DNA of 64,000 nucleotides from a virus: the IMG/VR virus record IMGVR_UViG_3300017987_000006, positions 1 through 64,000 of that record. One strand, given 5' to 3'. This document shows, one piece after another, positions 51,412 through 61,901 of the stretch. Within the stretch, counting starts at the first letter, position 1. Each line of letters begins with the position of its first letter. Made by a program: the position numbers and the translations under genes. The notes under the pieces were generated by a model. That model was not told the DNA's origin and searched no databases. It worked only from the letters and a program-made list of their open reading frames with translations.

Positions 51412-51482
51412 CGCGGTGAGGGCAAACGGAAAGCCACTGGTTTCATAATCCAGGGAATCGGGTTCGATTCCCGGCACCGCAA
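51412..51482 (+). tRNA. tRNA with CAT anticodon, initiator-like (C1:A72 mismatch), CCA not encoded
   Basis: Acceptor CGCGGTG/CACCGCA, D-arm GGC..GCC, anticodon loop TTCATAA (CAT 51444-51446), T-arm TCGGG-TTCGATT-CCCGG. Confidence 0.85.
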
Positions 51483-51570
51483 TAGATGGATCGATGGGGC
51501 GGGGCTTGTTTTTCTTGACGGCCTAAACGGTGGTGTGAGACTTTACACGTTCTACACCTCCTTGCAGCGG

Positions 51571-51602
51571 CCCCGCGTTCTTCTTCGCGGGGTTTTGTTT
51601 TT
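51571..51602 (+). terminator. Intrinsic terminator
   Basis: CCCCGCG-TTCTTCTT-CGCGGGG followed by TTTTGTTTTT. Confidence 0.9.
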
Positions 51603-51728
51603 GATCTAAAAAATTCGAGCGCCCTTCGCGTGCCCCTGGATCGTCTTGGTCGCAGACGGCGACTGCGTCTCTGGACACAGGCACTCACGAGCCCGTACCC
51701 CGGTTTCCCGGGACATGGTTCTTATACT

Positions 51729-51754
51729 AACAAATGGGCCTGTTTTTCAGGCCC
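51729..51754 (-). terminator. Probable terminator for the - strand gene 51770-52132
   Basis: GGGCCTG-AAAAA-CAGGCCC then ATTTGTT on - strand. Confidence 0.55.
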
Positions 51755-51769
51755 TGCCCGGCGGGACCG

Positions 51770-52132
51770 CTAGACGCGGCGGCGTGGGCTGCTGGCGATC
51801 TCGGCCAGCCTTTTGCGCGCGAGCTTGGCGAGAACCCGCTGCGCATGCTCGGTGGGCTGAAGCCCCGCATCAAGCAGGACTTCAGTGTTTATCGCCCGCA
51901 GAAGGATTTCCTTCTCCGCCCGGGATAGGGCGAACCTTATCCCATCGATTTCCCACAGGGCAGGCTCGCCTCCGATGTCGGAGACGATGGAGACCGTCTC
52001 GCCGTCGATCTCCATCTCGATTCTCTCTTTCGTGAAATGGGCCACTAGTTTCTTTGCGGCCCACAGCTTGGTGGGTCCGCCAACCACTTTCGCGATCAAC
52101 AGACCAGCAAACATTGCCTCTACAACAGGCAT
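51770..52132 (-). CDS. Hypothetical protein
   Basis: AAGGAGGT SD; hydrophobic N-terminus. Confidence 0.65.
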   Translation of the reverse strand: MPVVEAMFAGLLIAKVVGGPTKLWAAKKLVAHFTKERIEMEIDGETVSIVSDIGGEPALWEIDGIRFALSRAEKEILLRAINTEVLLDAGLQPTEHAQRVLAKLARKRLAEIASSPRRRV

Positions 52133-52226
52133 ATGAACCTCCTTCCTAGTTTTCTTATAACCTCAAATGCTGGTGGAATTGCGGCTCGTTGTGGTAGGCT
52201 CTTGGAATACCAGCGTGGAAGCCTAA

Positions 52227-55200
52227 ATGCCCATCACCAGCGCTCAAGCAGCAGGTTTAATCGGCGGTCAGAACGCCATGTTTGGGAACATGGCGACCTT
52301 CGCGCAGCAAATCAATCCTTTTAATCCACAGCGGGGGATGCCTACATACGTCAACCCGATGGCCGGAACGAACATGGGCCCAATGTCTGCTCCTGGGGCG
52401 GCATCGTTCAATCAGGTGATGGGGGCTATGTCAGGCATCACGAACGCTGCGGTGAGCTACGGCGTTCCGATCATGGCTGGTGCGGGCATGATGATGGGGG
52501 GTCCCCTGGGAGGGATGCTTGATCCATTCACGGGGGCTGGGAGGGCGTTTGGACGTTCGATCGGGTGGCAGCGGGGTGCTGGATTGATGTCCAACTTGGG
52601 AAGAATCCCTGCCGCCGGGCTGGGGGGATTGACGCGGGGGATTGGCGCAGCAGCTATGGGGGCGCTTCCGGCCATGGCTCTGGCGCAGGGGATTCAGTAT
52701 GTGGGCGGGCAAGCCATCAACACGATGCAGTTCCAGAATCAGACTTCCGCTTTTCTGCAGAACGCTTTTCGGTTCAACAATCCCATGAGCAGGACCGGGA
52801 TGGGTTTTTCCCAGACTCAGCAGCAGGGTATTGCCGATATGCTGCGCACGATGGGATCGCGTGACGTGATGACGACGCCCCAGGAGTTGTTGCAGATCAC
52901 CAAGCAGGGAACGCAGATGGGGATGTTCCGCGGCGTTGAGGACGCCCGGGCATTCAAGCGTCGCTTCATCGAGATGAAGAACACGTTGAAGGAGATCGCC
53001 TCGACATTCAACACGACGCTTGGTGAGGCGATGCCATTCCTTAGCGAGGCACGCAGGATGGGTTTTTGGACGGCAAACGACATCACGAAGCACGCCAGGG
53101 ACGTGAGGAGTGTACAGTCTGTGACTGGGATGAGTGCCCAGCAGGTGCAGCAGACGATGGCGATGGGGGCGCAAATGTCCCGCGGCATCGGTGGGACTGG
53201 AGCTCAAGGGGCCAGGATGATGGCTGCGGCCCAGAGGATGACGGGCTCCGCGTTATACGGCGGTGTTATCAACAGCCAACAGTTGGCGGATGCAGGCTTG
53301 GGAACTGGGGAAGAGGGGGCAAGGAATCTTGGACAGCTGCTGGCGGGGGCCTCTGCCCGCTTTGCTCGAAGCAGGGTTGGTCGTTGGGTGTTGGCCGCTT
53401 CTATGAACCGCGAGGGAACTGGTCTTGATCCACGCAGGCTTCAGGAGCTGATGGCTGGTGGCATGTCGGTGAGGGAGATTGGGGGGATGGCGCGGAGAAA
53501 CGTCGCTGGAGGGCGAGCTTATGGATTTGTAGAAAACGAAGAGGATATGAGAGGGGAGTTGGCACAGATGGGTCCGCGCGGGATGATGGGTTTCACTCGC
53601 GGAATCTTGGGTAGGCGGCTTTACGGGGGGACGTCCAGAGATCGACTCATCACACGCAGGATCATCCGCAGATTCATGGGGGGCACGCGCCGCCAGGCCG
53701 ATATGATCGCCAAGATGATGCGGGACATGCCACGCCTCATGGAGATCCAAACCGCGAAGACGGAGACCTCGCTAGACCTACAGCAGCGCCAGCGCGACGA
53801 GGTGATGAACAACGAGTGGGAGCAGATGAAGCGGGGCATCGGGCAGTGGTGGCGTAGAAACATCGATGAGCCCATCGGTGAGGCGACATCGAACGTCAGC
53901 TATTCGATCAGCAAAGCCTTTCAGCGGTTCAACGATAAGCTGTTCGGCACCGGTGGTGGATCTGTACGATTAAGCGATCTTGCTGTACGGGGTCTGGTAC
54001 GGGCGGCCGAAACAGGAAACGTCAAACACCTTGAGGAGGTATTCGGACCAGCAGGGATGATGGAGCGGTTCCAAGCCGGGGAAATGGGAGGAGGCGGTCG
54101 TCGTGGGATATGGGGTGCTTTGTCGGGGGTAGATCAAGGCGCGCTGATGTTCGGTCAGCGGCGCGGTGCCATGCGTTTGGGGATGGGCGGAATGGTGACG
54201 ACGGGTACGGCGGAGGCGTTGGGGTTTGGGACGCCGGAACAAATGCAGGGGGCGATGACTGGTGCTGGGGCCAAGCAGATCCAAAAATTCTTACGTTCTG
54301 CTGAGGCCGTCACTTTGCGTGGTCGCATAGGCGGGACGGGGGAGCTTTCGGAGCAACAAAATCTGCGTTATGCCGGGGATATCCTACGGATGGTGCGCTC
54401 CGGCCGAGCTGGAGAGGCGGCTCGAGGTTTGGTGGAGGGAGGAAGAACGGGTGGTCAAAGACTCGCCAGGCTCATCGCTGCCCAGGGCGGTGCCAGAGGA
54501 GGATTTACTGGAATAGCTCCCGTAGGCGGAAGGGGGGCTGGTGCTGGTGTACAAGCGACGAGGGCACAGATTGAAGAGATGCGCAATGAGGCCATAAAGG
54601 GCCTTCAAGGAGCATTGGCCGGAATTGGGGCTGGGGAGGGTAAGTTGAGCGAGTCTATGGTAACTGCTGCTTTCTCGCCTGGAAAAACGAGGAGAGGTAT
54701 TGAGGAGTTAAGGCAAGATCCGAGAGGACAGCTAGCATTCAATTTACTGGCCAGGGCCAAACAGATCGAAGAAAAAGATCCAGACAAGGCCGCATCGTTG
54801 CGCTCTGAAGCCAGAGATCAAATACGTTTAGTAGCAGAGGACGCGAATGCTCCAAAGGCTTCGAGAGACGTAGCTTTATCTATGCAGGACCCGGCGGACC
54901 CGCGGGCAAAAACAATTAATGAGTGGGGCGCTAAGATTGGCGAGTCCGATATGCTGGGCAACACTCTGTCATATAGGGAGAAGATTAAGGGTAGAAGGGA
55001 GAGGCTCAACAAGGCCTTGGGACCAAAGGGACAAGACCGGCTCAGGCAGATCACCGGAGGATCGGAGACTGAGCTTGGTCGTGTCGTGATGTCCATGACG
55101 GACCCGACACAGGTCGGGTCTGCTCAGAATATATTGGGCGGGACGCGCAAGATGGCCAGGGAGCTATTGAGGGACCCGGAGAAGGCGCGAGAGATCATGG

Positions 55201-55772
55201 GTCTGTTGGAACAGGAAGGAGCTGCGGGGACGGAGTTCGGTGGGTACGTTGAGCAAGCCATCATGATGAGTCAAATGTCGCATAGCCTGGGGTTGAAGAA
55301 GGATATTGGTCCGCGGGCTGGAGTGCGGGCCAGGAAAGCTGCCAGTAAGGGTATTGGGGCCATGCTGAATCGCATTGGACTGCGTGGTAAAGTAGACGCT
55401 GAGGGATTGATCTCCGGCAAGAAGGGTGCACAGGAAAAGCTGGCGGAGATGCTGCGTACTCAGCGCGGTTGGAGTAACGAGGACATCAAGGGCTTTTTGG
55501 AGAGGACCAAGGGCGGGCTGACCGAGGCGGAGTGGGTCAAGCAATCTGAACTTATCATTGCTCGTTCGGGTCCGATGGGATTGAGCCAGACAGTAGCTAA
55601 GGAATCTGGCTTGAAAGAATCTGAGATTGGAAGGATAACCGGGAGGGAGGGGAGCCCACAGTATCGCGGGGTGCAGCTGAAGATAGCAAACGTGCATCTA
55701 GCTAAGTTGAACACGACGATGGAAGCGATAGCCAGGGAGCAAGGCGTGAAAATAAGACGCACCAAGGAGTAG
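52227..55772 (+). CDS. Tape-measure-like tail protein
   Basis: 1181 aa, Gly/Ala/Met/Arg-rich, helical-looking, directly upstream of baseplate-like genes; positional inference. Confidence 0.6.
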   Translation: MPITSAQAAGLIGGQNAMFGNMATFAQQINPFNPQRGMPTYVNPMAGTNMGPMSAPGAASFNQVMGAMSGITNAAVSYGVPIMAGAGMMMGGPLGGMLDPFTGAGRAFGRSIGWQRGAGLMSNLGRIPAAGLGGLTRGIGAAAMGALPAMALAQGIQYVGGQAINTMQFQNQTSAFLQNAFRFNNPMSRTGMGFSQTQQQGIADMLRTMGSRDVMTTPQELLQITKQGTQMGMFRGVEDARAFKRRFIEMKNTLKEIASTFNTTLGEAMPFLSEARRMGFWTANDITKHARDVRSVQSVTGMSAQQVQQTMAMGAQMSRGIGGTGAQGARMMAAAQRMTGSALYGGVINSQQLADAGLGTGEEGARNLGQLLAGASARFARSRVGRWVLAASMNREGTGLDPRRLQELMAGGMSVREIGGMARRNVAGGRAYGFVENEEDMRGELAQMGPRGMMGFTRGILGRRLYGGTSRDRLITRRIIRRFMGGTRRQADMIAKMMRDMPRLMEIQTAKTETSLDLQQRQRDEVMNNEWEQMKRGIGQWWRRNIDEPIGEATSNVSYSISKAFQRFNDKLFGTGGGSVRLSDLAVRGLVRAAETGNVKHLEEVFGPAGMMERFQAGEMGGGGRRGIWGALSGVDQGALMFGQRRGAMRLGMGGMVTTGTAEALGFGTPEQMQGAMTGAGAKQIQKFLRSAEAVTLRGRIGGTGELSEQQNLRYAGDILRMVRSGRAGEAARGLVEGGRTGGQRLARLIAAQGGARGGFTGIAPVGGRGAGAGVQATRAQIEEMRNEAIKGLQGALAGIGAGEGKLSESMVTAAFSPGKTRRGIEELRQDPRGQLAFNLLARAKQIEEKDPDKAASLRSEARDQIRLVAEDANAPKASRDVALSMQDPADPRAKTINEWGAKIGESDMLGNTLSYREKIKGRRERLNKALGPKGQDRLRQITGGSETELGRVVMSMTDPTQVGSAQNILGGTRKMARELLRDPEKAREIMGLLEQEGAAGTEFGGYVEQAIMMSQMSHSLGLKKDIGPRAGVRARKAASKGIGAMLNRIGLRGKVDAEGLISGKKGAQEKLAEMLRTQRGWSNEDIKGFLERTKGGLTEAEWVKQSELIIARSGPMGLSQTVAKESGLKESEIGRITGREGSPQYRGVQLKIANVHLAKLNTTMEAIAREQGVKIRRTKE

Positions 55773-55775
55773 CGG

Positions 55776-56021
55776 ATGCCAGTCAAGCCGAGATACGGAA
55801 CGAATCAGATCGCCGTCCGGAACGAGATGTTTTTCCGTATCCCGCTCAAGAACGGGCAGATCAGAACTTTCGTCATGCGGGACGAGCTCGCGGTTGAAGA
55901 TCCATACCTACAGCTTGTGCGCGCGAAGCTCTCTACCATCTTGACCGGTGCGGAGTTCGGGGCCAACTTGACAGATCGATCCATCAAGGATGATCTGATC
56001 AAGGTAAACATCCAAATCTAA
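55776..56021 (+). CDS. Hypothetical protein in tail module
   Basis: AAGGAG SD. Confidence 0.6.
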   Translation: MPVKPRYGTNQIAVRNEMFFRIPLKNGQIRTFVMRDELAVEDPYLQLVRAKLSTILTGAEFGANLTDRSIKDDLIKVNIQI

Positions 56022-56030
56022 GGAGCGTTG

Positions 56031-57464
56031 ATGTCGACCTACGTGGAAATGCGAACCGATTCGTTCTCCAGGAATTTGGAGGACGTGGCCAGCGGGAGGT
56101 ATCTCGACTTCAACAACGTTCGGAGACCGATGCGCGGCATCGAGATCAAAGACGACACCTACGCCATTATCAAAGTGATCAGATCTAACGGTCGGGAGAT
56201 TCCTTTGGTGGATGCGGGGTCTAGGATCAGCGCCCCGACAGCTACAACCGCTGGAGGGGCTGGAGCGGACCCGGTATATGGCAGGGGTCTATTGCATTAT
56301 CCAGATGAGGGCACGACGTTCAACTTCTCCAACTTCATTGCCCAGCGCATCACGGACGCCAGGCAAGAGAAGAGCCAGATCGTAGAGAACTTTGGCGAGC
56401 CGTACATCTTCTTCTACGGTGAGAAGCCCAGGATCTTGAACATCCAGGGGCTGCTGATGAACACCCTGGACTTCAACTGGAAGAACGAGTTTTGGCGCAA
56501 CTACGAGCGATATTTCCGCGGCACGAAACTGGTAGAGCTGGATGCCCGCGTCTACTTCTACTTCGACGATCAGATCGTAGAGGGGTACGTGTTGGAGGCT
56601 CAGGCTGTTCACGAGTCCTCGCTTCCATACCACGTCCCGTTCAACCTTACGATCTTCGTGACGGCCCACACATATCTTGGGACGCTGGATAGCACCGGGA
56701 TGTATCCGGTCTCGGCCAACGTGCAGATCCCCGCGGACAACCTGCGGGACATCCAGAACGTTAACGAGACCATCAGACAGCTCCGCCAACGCGCCGACGA
56801 TCTCCGGCCAGACGAGCTCGTTAGCACGGTGGTAGACGTCCGCATCGCGGCTTTTAACGCCGCCAACGGTATTGTGGGGAAGGACGCCATCGTGGGGGCG
56901 ATCATTAGAGGATTGTCAGACTTCGATGCGAAGGTCGAAGCGTTTTACTCCAACGTGAAGACCTACTTCTACGGGAGGCGAACAGTAGTTCCGGCAGGTA
57001 TAGCCGGGGCCGAGGAGTACGTGGGACCGGAGGTCCATGCAGGAAATGCCATCGCCATCGGAGAGCCCCCCAATCGGACGCTTCCGATCAGGTCCGCTAT
57101 AGCGGACAACTATGATGAGTACATCGGCGGCGGCGGACCCCCCCTGCCACAAAACGCGATGGAAGAACTGGCCAAGGCGGCAGAAGTCTCGCCGGAGTTC
57201 TACGAGAGTATGCTGCTGGTTGAGCTCGCATCCTACGGTGTCGACATTACGGACCCGACTCCCCTGAACAATTGGCGAAGCACCCTGACTCACTCATTGA
57301 CGAAGACGGCGGACAGTCTGGATTATATCGCCGGGACGGCTCGAGGTCTTGGGAACCTGAAGACCAAGGGCGAGCAGATGTACCAGACACTGAAGGGCGT
57401 TGGCAGGATGACGGTCGAGACGCTCGGATATCTTAAGTCCAACGTCCCTGTTCCGATACCGTGA
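56031..57464 (+). CDS. Putative tail/baseplate structural protein (tube-initiator-like)
   Basis: QIVENFGEPYIFFYGEKPRILNIQGLL...VYFYFDDQIVEGY beta-rich pattern; position after TMP. Confidence 0.5.
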   Translation: MSTYVEMRTDSFSRNLEDVASGRYLDFNNVRRPMRGIEIKDDTYAIIKVIRSNGREIPLVDAGSRISAPTATTAGGAGADPVYGRGLLHYPDEGTTFNFSNFIAQRITDARQEKSQIVENFGEPYIFFYGEKPRILNIQGLLMNTLDFNWKNEFWRNYERYFRGTKLVELDARVYFYFDDQIVEGYVLEAQAVHESSLPYHVPFNLTIFVTAHTYLGTLDSTGMYPVSANVQIPADNLRDIQNVNETIRQLRQRADDLRPDELVSTVVDVRIAAFNAANGIVGKDAIVGAIIRGLSDFDAKVEAFYSNVKTYFYGRRTVVPAGIAGAEEYVGPEVHAGNAIAIGEPPNRTLPIRSAIADNYDEYIGGGGPPLPQNAMEELAKAAEVSPEFYESMLLVELASYGVDITDPTPLNNWRSTLTHSLTKTADSLDYIAGTARGLGNLKTKGEQMYQTLKGVGRMTVETLGYLKSNVPVPIP

Positions 57465-57469
57465 TCTGA

Positions 57470-60400
57470 ATGGCGCAGGCAGCCCATCTCGATCTGAGGC
57501 TGTTCCTAGAGGGCGTGGAAGTCCCGGTGATCTCCGCGTCTATCCAGATAGCAGCCAATGCCCCCGCCTCGGCGTCTATCCAGGTCATTGCCACGGATAA
57601 GATCTTAGATCTGCTTCCACGTACCGTAGTACATCTGTTCTTCTACGACTACATCGGTGCTGGCCATGTAGCGATAGATCAGAAACGCGCACAGCTGTCG
57701 CAGATATCCTTTCAGGACTGGATCAATGAGAAGTACAAGCTGCTCTTTATGGGCGAGCTGGTGACGATCAAGTTCCAGAAGTCTCACGACCAGCGCGCAG
57801 TGATCTTGGAGTGCGCAGATTTCTCGAACTACTGGGACACGACGTTCCAGTACAACTTCGGCGGCAGCCTGTTTGCTGGGAGGCGGAAGGCAGCCTTCAT
57901 CGGAGCCAACTCGAACTTCTTCACCAGCATTCTTGGACATGGCGTTGGAACGGTCTCCAACCTTCTCAACGGGAAGTCTGTCAACTACCCGAACCTGAAG
58001 GGTCTGCTGGCGGGTGTGGTACGGATGTTGGAGGCTATCGGCGGGAGCTACTATGGAACTAATGTGTTCCGCGGGTGCAACGACTTCACGTCCATCGCCG
58101 AGCTCCGTTTGAAAATCTTGCAACAGATCACTGCGGCAGAGGCCGACACCAGCACATCACGCCTTTTCGCACGCAAGGCGTTTAACATGTGGATGAATCG
58201 GGCAACCCAGGGATTGGGTAAGCTGATATCATTCCGTGGCCTGGTGAAGACGTGTTTCAAGTTCATCTTCCACGAGGTGTACCCGTGCCCCGTAGCCAAG
58301 TACGTCCCTTCCAGTTCTGAGACGGTTAGAAGGCGTAGATATCTGAGCCCGCCAGAGGTGATCGTAAAGGGTGCCAACGATATCATCGAGAGGATAGACA
58401 GGACGAACAACATCTTGTCACGCTTTAGTTCGACAGCTCCGTTCGGGGAGCAGGTGGAGGTTGCCAAGGCATATCACACGTCGCACGAGAACTTGTACAA
58501 GGAGTTCAAGACATTTTACGCTTCTGCTGGAGCGGGGATAAGCGGGCCGACCACAAAGCGCATCGCTCAAGATCTGTCGAACGCGTTTGGTCCGCTGCGC
58601 CTCACGCACAAGATCATAAGGAGCGGAGACTTTCTTCAGGTCTTGAACGCCAAGCACTCCGAGCTGCAGCGGCACTACAACAGCGCCAAATCCGCCCTGC
58701 GTCGTCTAGTCAATCAGCGGCACCGAGTTACAGAGACACGTGTACGGGAGCACCAGGCCCGCGTAAACAACCAGATCTTCCGTCCGGACATCTGGTACTC
58801 CGCGCCGCCGCGTTGCAACGTGCTGTTCCCAGATCTGTACGATTCGTTCTCTTGGGCCAGGCAGTACCTCAGAGAGGTCAGTCGGTTGGAATTACAGACG
58901 CACAATGAGATCTTGGGGAACGATGCACTGTTCAATGGGCGCTATTATGCCCCGAACGTGGAGGACGTTCGGCGTGGGACAAAGCTCTCGAGCCGGCGTT
59001 TCGCACGGACGATCATGGATCACGAGCTATTCACAGGCATAATCCCTATGTTCGAGAGCATGACGGAGGCCAACCTCTTCGCGATGCGATCTAGTGCGGT
59101 GCAGAAGCAGGGATCTCCAGTGCCCTATGCGCAGCGCGCCGTCAACTTTCAGTATTTCAAGTACAAGTTTGAGTCACGCATGATGTCTGCGTCAGGCCGT
59201 TTCAACCCGATGTTCGTGGCCGGGTTTCCTGCGTTGATCATCGATCGACCAATGACTGAAGAGAACCTGCAAATCTCGTCCCTGCCTGTAGGAGATCAGA
59301 TCAGAGCATTGAATATCACGGCTGAGGAAGAGCCGACGAGATCAGATCTACTGCGGAGTCTTGTCGGCCCACAATATCTCGGGGTGCCGGCTTCTCTTTC
59401 GCACAATGTTTCTCAAGGAGGGGGGCGAACCGACTACCAGTTCATTCACGCTAGGGTACATCGGGAAAGCACAGAGTTTCTGGGGGTAGATCAAGTGGAG
59501 TGGTACAAGGTGGTCGGGACGCGGGACAAAAAGAAGGTCGTTGCCTATCCGATCACATTTCCGCCAAGGCGCGGCCAGCTCGGGCCCAGTGGGGGTACAA
59601 TCTCCAGGGTTGTCGATGTGACGAGCAGCAAGTCGGGGAAGACGTTGCCGGTGCTGGGGACCAACATCAAGGCGCGGGTGGGGACTGATATCCCGCCGTT
59701 TCTTATCAAGGAGATTACAACACAGATCAAGCGATCTATTCCAGCATATGCGAACTCGCCATTCTTCAAGCAACTTATCGGGCTAGACGATTTTTTGGAG
59801 GATTCGTCCCTGCGCCTGGGGGCATTCGAGGTGCATGAGTCTGTCCCATACAGGAAGAAGCAAAATGCCGATCTTCCTATCGAGGAGGCGATCAGACCGC
59901 CATGGATTTGGGATGGGTGGGCCGTACCCAAAATCACCGAGACCTACGATCAGCTGTTCGGCACGGGTGCCATCACAGACATTGATGGGTACGGGATCTT
60001 GGCGGATGCGAGTGGATCATCTAGCAGGACGCAATACCTCACAGTTGAGGAGCGTCTTGCGGCCGAGCAGCAAAACCGAGCTGCTAGCTCAGGCTCGACT
60101 AGGCGCTCGCCGGCAGCGGGCAGGAGCGAGCGGGATGTGGAGATCACAAGGGCTTCGAGGTATCAGGCCGCCCTTCTCCTGCTGGAGACGGAGAAGACCA
60201 TCGAGAACTCGATCGACTTCCTGGTCAGGTCCTACAGCTTTGTCAAGGTCAACAACATGGACGTGGGGGAGTTCCTCAAGGCTTACAACTGGCGTCCGGT
60301 GGCGACGATGGTGGACATCCTCGGCGGGGCAGATCTAAGCATCAAGCAGACCGAAGTCAAGGCCACGAAGATGGTCAGGAGGAAGTACGTCAAGCGGAAG

Positions 60401-60724
60401 GGGCGTACCGTGGTGTACAGGGATGCAAATGGGGCGATCACTGATACCGCCGAGGAGTATCCGGTGTATGGCACGAGATACGTTGAGAAGCCCATCAAGC
60501 GGATCGGATATGTTGTTGACGGGACGGAGGGGTTTCACAGCAGGGCTTTTGGGGATGTGGAAGATCTATTCGGGTTGGTGAGCCCTACCGTCACACGTGT
60601 TCTGGGCTTATCGAGTAACTCGAGCAGAAAGATCGCCGCCAGGATGGATGTGAGGAAGCGGCGTCGTGCGGTCGTCAAGACCTATGTCGCTGAATTGACG
60701 GGGTCTAAGGGACTCGTGGGGTGA
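57470..60724 (+). CDS. Baseplate hub-like protein (T4 gp27/VgrG-like fold inferred)
   Basis: LRLFLEGVEVPVISASIQ...LLFMGEL...VILECADF N-terminus and SASGRFNPMFVAGFPALII typical of hub proteins; position. Confidence 0.6.
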   Translation: MAQAAHLDLRLFLEGVEVPVISASIQIAANAPASASIQVIATDKILDLLPRTVVHLFFYDYIGAGHVAIDQKRAQLSQISFQDWINEKYKLLFMGELVTIKFQKSHDQRAVILECADFSNYWDTTFQYNFGGSLFAGRRKAAFIGANSNFFTSILGHGVGTVSNLLNGKSVNYPNLKGLLAGVVRMLEAIGGSYYGTNVFRGCNDFTSIAELRLKILQQITAAEADTSTSRLFARKAFNMWMNRATQGLGKLISFRGLVKTCFKFIFHEVYPCPVAKYVPSSSETVRRRRYLSPPEVIVKGANDIIERIDRTNNILSRFSSTAPFGEQVEVAKAYHTSHENLYKEFKTFYASAGAGISGPTTKRIAQDLSNAFGPLRLTHKIIRSGDFLQVLNAKHSELQRHYNSAKSALRRLVNQRHRVTETRVREHQARVNNQIFRPDIWYSAPPRCNVLFPDLYDSFSWARQYLREVSRLELQTHNEILGNDALFNGRYYAPNVEDVRRGTKLSSRRFARTIMDHELFTGIIPMFESMTEANLFAMRSSAVQKQGSPVPYAQRAVNFQYFKYKFESRMMSASGRFNPMFVAGFPALIIDRPMTEENLQISSLPVGDQIRALNITAEEEPTRSDLLRSLVGPQYLGVPASLSHNVSQGGGRTDYQFIHARVHRESTEFLGVDQVEWYKVVGTRDKKKVVAYPITFPPRRGQLGPSGGTISRVVDVTSSKSGKTLPVLGTNIKARVGTDIPPFLIKEITTQIKRSIPAYANSPFFKQLIGLDDFLEDSSLRLGAFEVHESVPYRKKQNADLPIEEAIRPPWIWDGWAVPKITETYDQLFGTGAITDIDGYGILADASGSSSRTQYLTVEERLAAEQQNRAASSGSTRRSPAAGRSERDVEITRASRYQAALLLLETEKTIENSIDFLVRSYSFVKVNNMDVGEFLKAYNWRPVATMVDILGGADLSIKQTEVKATKMVRRKYVKRKGRTVVYRDANGAITDTAEEYPVYGTRYVEKPIKRIGYVVDGTEGFHSRAFGDVEDLFGLVSPTVTRVLGLSSNSSRKIAARMDVRKRRRAVVKTYVAELTGSKGLVG

Positions 60725-60763
60725 TCTCTTGTCATCCGGCGCGCGGAAGGAGTATAAATAAGC

Positions 60764-61219
60764 ATGGAAATTACCAGGCTAGAAGGTCTGATGGACGAGC
60801 TGGAAAAGATCGCCGCTTCTCGCGTGGCAGCTCCGTTCATGCAGCGACGTGAAGGTATCCGCCCCATCCGCGTGCACAATCTCCTTGGGCGCGACACGGT
60901 AACGCAAGATCCGGAGATGGAGCCTGCCGAACCACCAGAGGCAGATCAAGCTGTAGATGGTGGTGCGGAAAAGACCGCGCGGGAAAAGCCCTTCAAGGAA
61001 AAAGCTCTGGAGACCTTTGCGAAGGCCCGTCCATATGTGGCTAGTGGCGTGAAGGCCGGGCTTCCGATGGCTGCGATCGGGAATCTCACCGTAGGACGTA
61101 AGACCGGAATCGTGGCCGGGACTGTGGGAACGGCCGCTGGTGTGGTCAACGAAGCGCTGAAACAGTGGGCCGAGAAGAACAAGCGCAAGAGTGTCGCCAA
61201 GAAGATCTTGGAGGATTGA
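60764..61219 (+). CDS. Putative virion protein with DELEKI motif
   Basis: AAGGAG SD; GLMDELEKIAA; Gly/Ala-rich hydrophobic segment. Confidence 0.6.
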   Translation: MEITRLEGLMDELEKIAASRVAAPFMQRREGIRPIRVHNLLGRDTVTQDPEMEPAEPPEADQAVDGGAEKTAREKPFKEKALETFAKARPYVASGVKAGLPMAAIGNLTVGRKTGIVAGTVGTAAGVVNEALKQWAEKNKRKSVAKKILED

Positions 61220-61221
61220 TC

Positions 61222-61893
61222 ATGCCCGGTCGAGGTTCATATGGTCCTGCGGGGAAGTGGGTCTACGAGCGAGCAAAAAAGATCCGCTCGAAGAATCCCG
61301 ACATGGAAGAGAGCACCTCCTTCGCCATCGCCACACAACAGGCTCATAAGCTCGGTAAGAGCCCCAAGAAGTTCCGCACCGCAGAGGGTGTCAGGGCAGC
61401 CAAGGCCAAGTACAGCTTGCCGCGTGGAGAGTACCAGAAGACAGCAGGTGCAGAGGAGCTCATCGCCAAACGGGAAGCTGGAGAAGGAACAGCGGCGGAT
61501 GAGAAGCAGATCAGATACCTCCGCGACCAGCTCGGGGAAGGGGGAGCGATCAAGACTGCCAGTCCATCGTTCGTCAAGATCGCCGGCTTTGTGGATGAGC
61601 TGGCAAAGATCGTCGGAGGGTCTCCGGGGGCCAAGTTTATGATCGGTGCTCTGCTAAATTCCCTGGCATATGGACTGGGGGAGAAAGCCACCACGGACGA
61701 GGTGGAGAAGAATTCGGCCATGGGTATGGACCTACGCCTCAAGGACCCCGCCGGGGTCAGGCGTCCACCATTCCCCACTGAGGGGAGTGTGGAGCTGGCG
61801 TCCAAGCGGCTCAACAAGTCCATGAGGACGGGACAGCTCGGAACGTCGCAAGCGTCCCACAGTCCTAACCCTCGAGCAGTGACAACTTTGTGA
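61222..61893 (+). CDS. Putative virion protein with DELAKI motif
   Basis: GGAGG SD; GFVDELAKI. Confidence 0.6.
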   Translation: MPGRGSYGPAGKWVYERAKKIRSKNPDMEESTSFAIATQQAHKLGKSPKKFRTAEGVRAAKAKYSLPRGEYQKTAGAEELIAKREAGEGTAADEKQIRYLRDQLGEGGAIKTASPSFVKIAGFVDELAKIVGGSPGAKFMIGALLNSLAYGLGEKATTDEVEKNSAMGMDLRLKDPAGVRRPPFPTEGSVELASKRLNKSMRTGQLGTSQASHSPNPRAVTTL

Positions 61894-61901
61894 GGAGAAG
61901 C

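Noticed and set aside
51300-51440. ZTP or c-di-GMP riboswitch (GCCGCCCGGGTA; GGGCAAAC...GAAA)
   Set aside because: Only fragments match; the ZTP 5' GACTGGCG element is absent and the GGCAAAC lies inside the tRNA D-arm.
60753-60760. T4-type late promoter TATAAATA
   Set aside because: Single occurrence noticed, lying between the SD and the ATG, so more simply an A/T-rich spacer.
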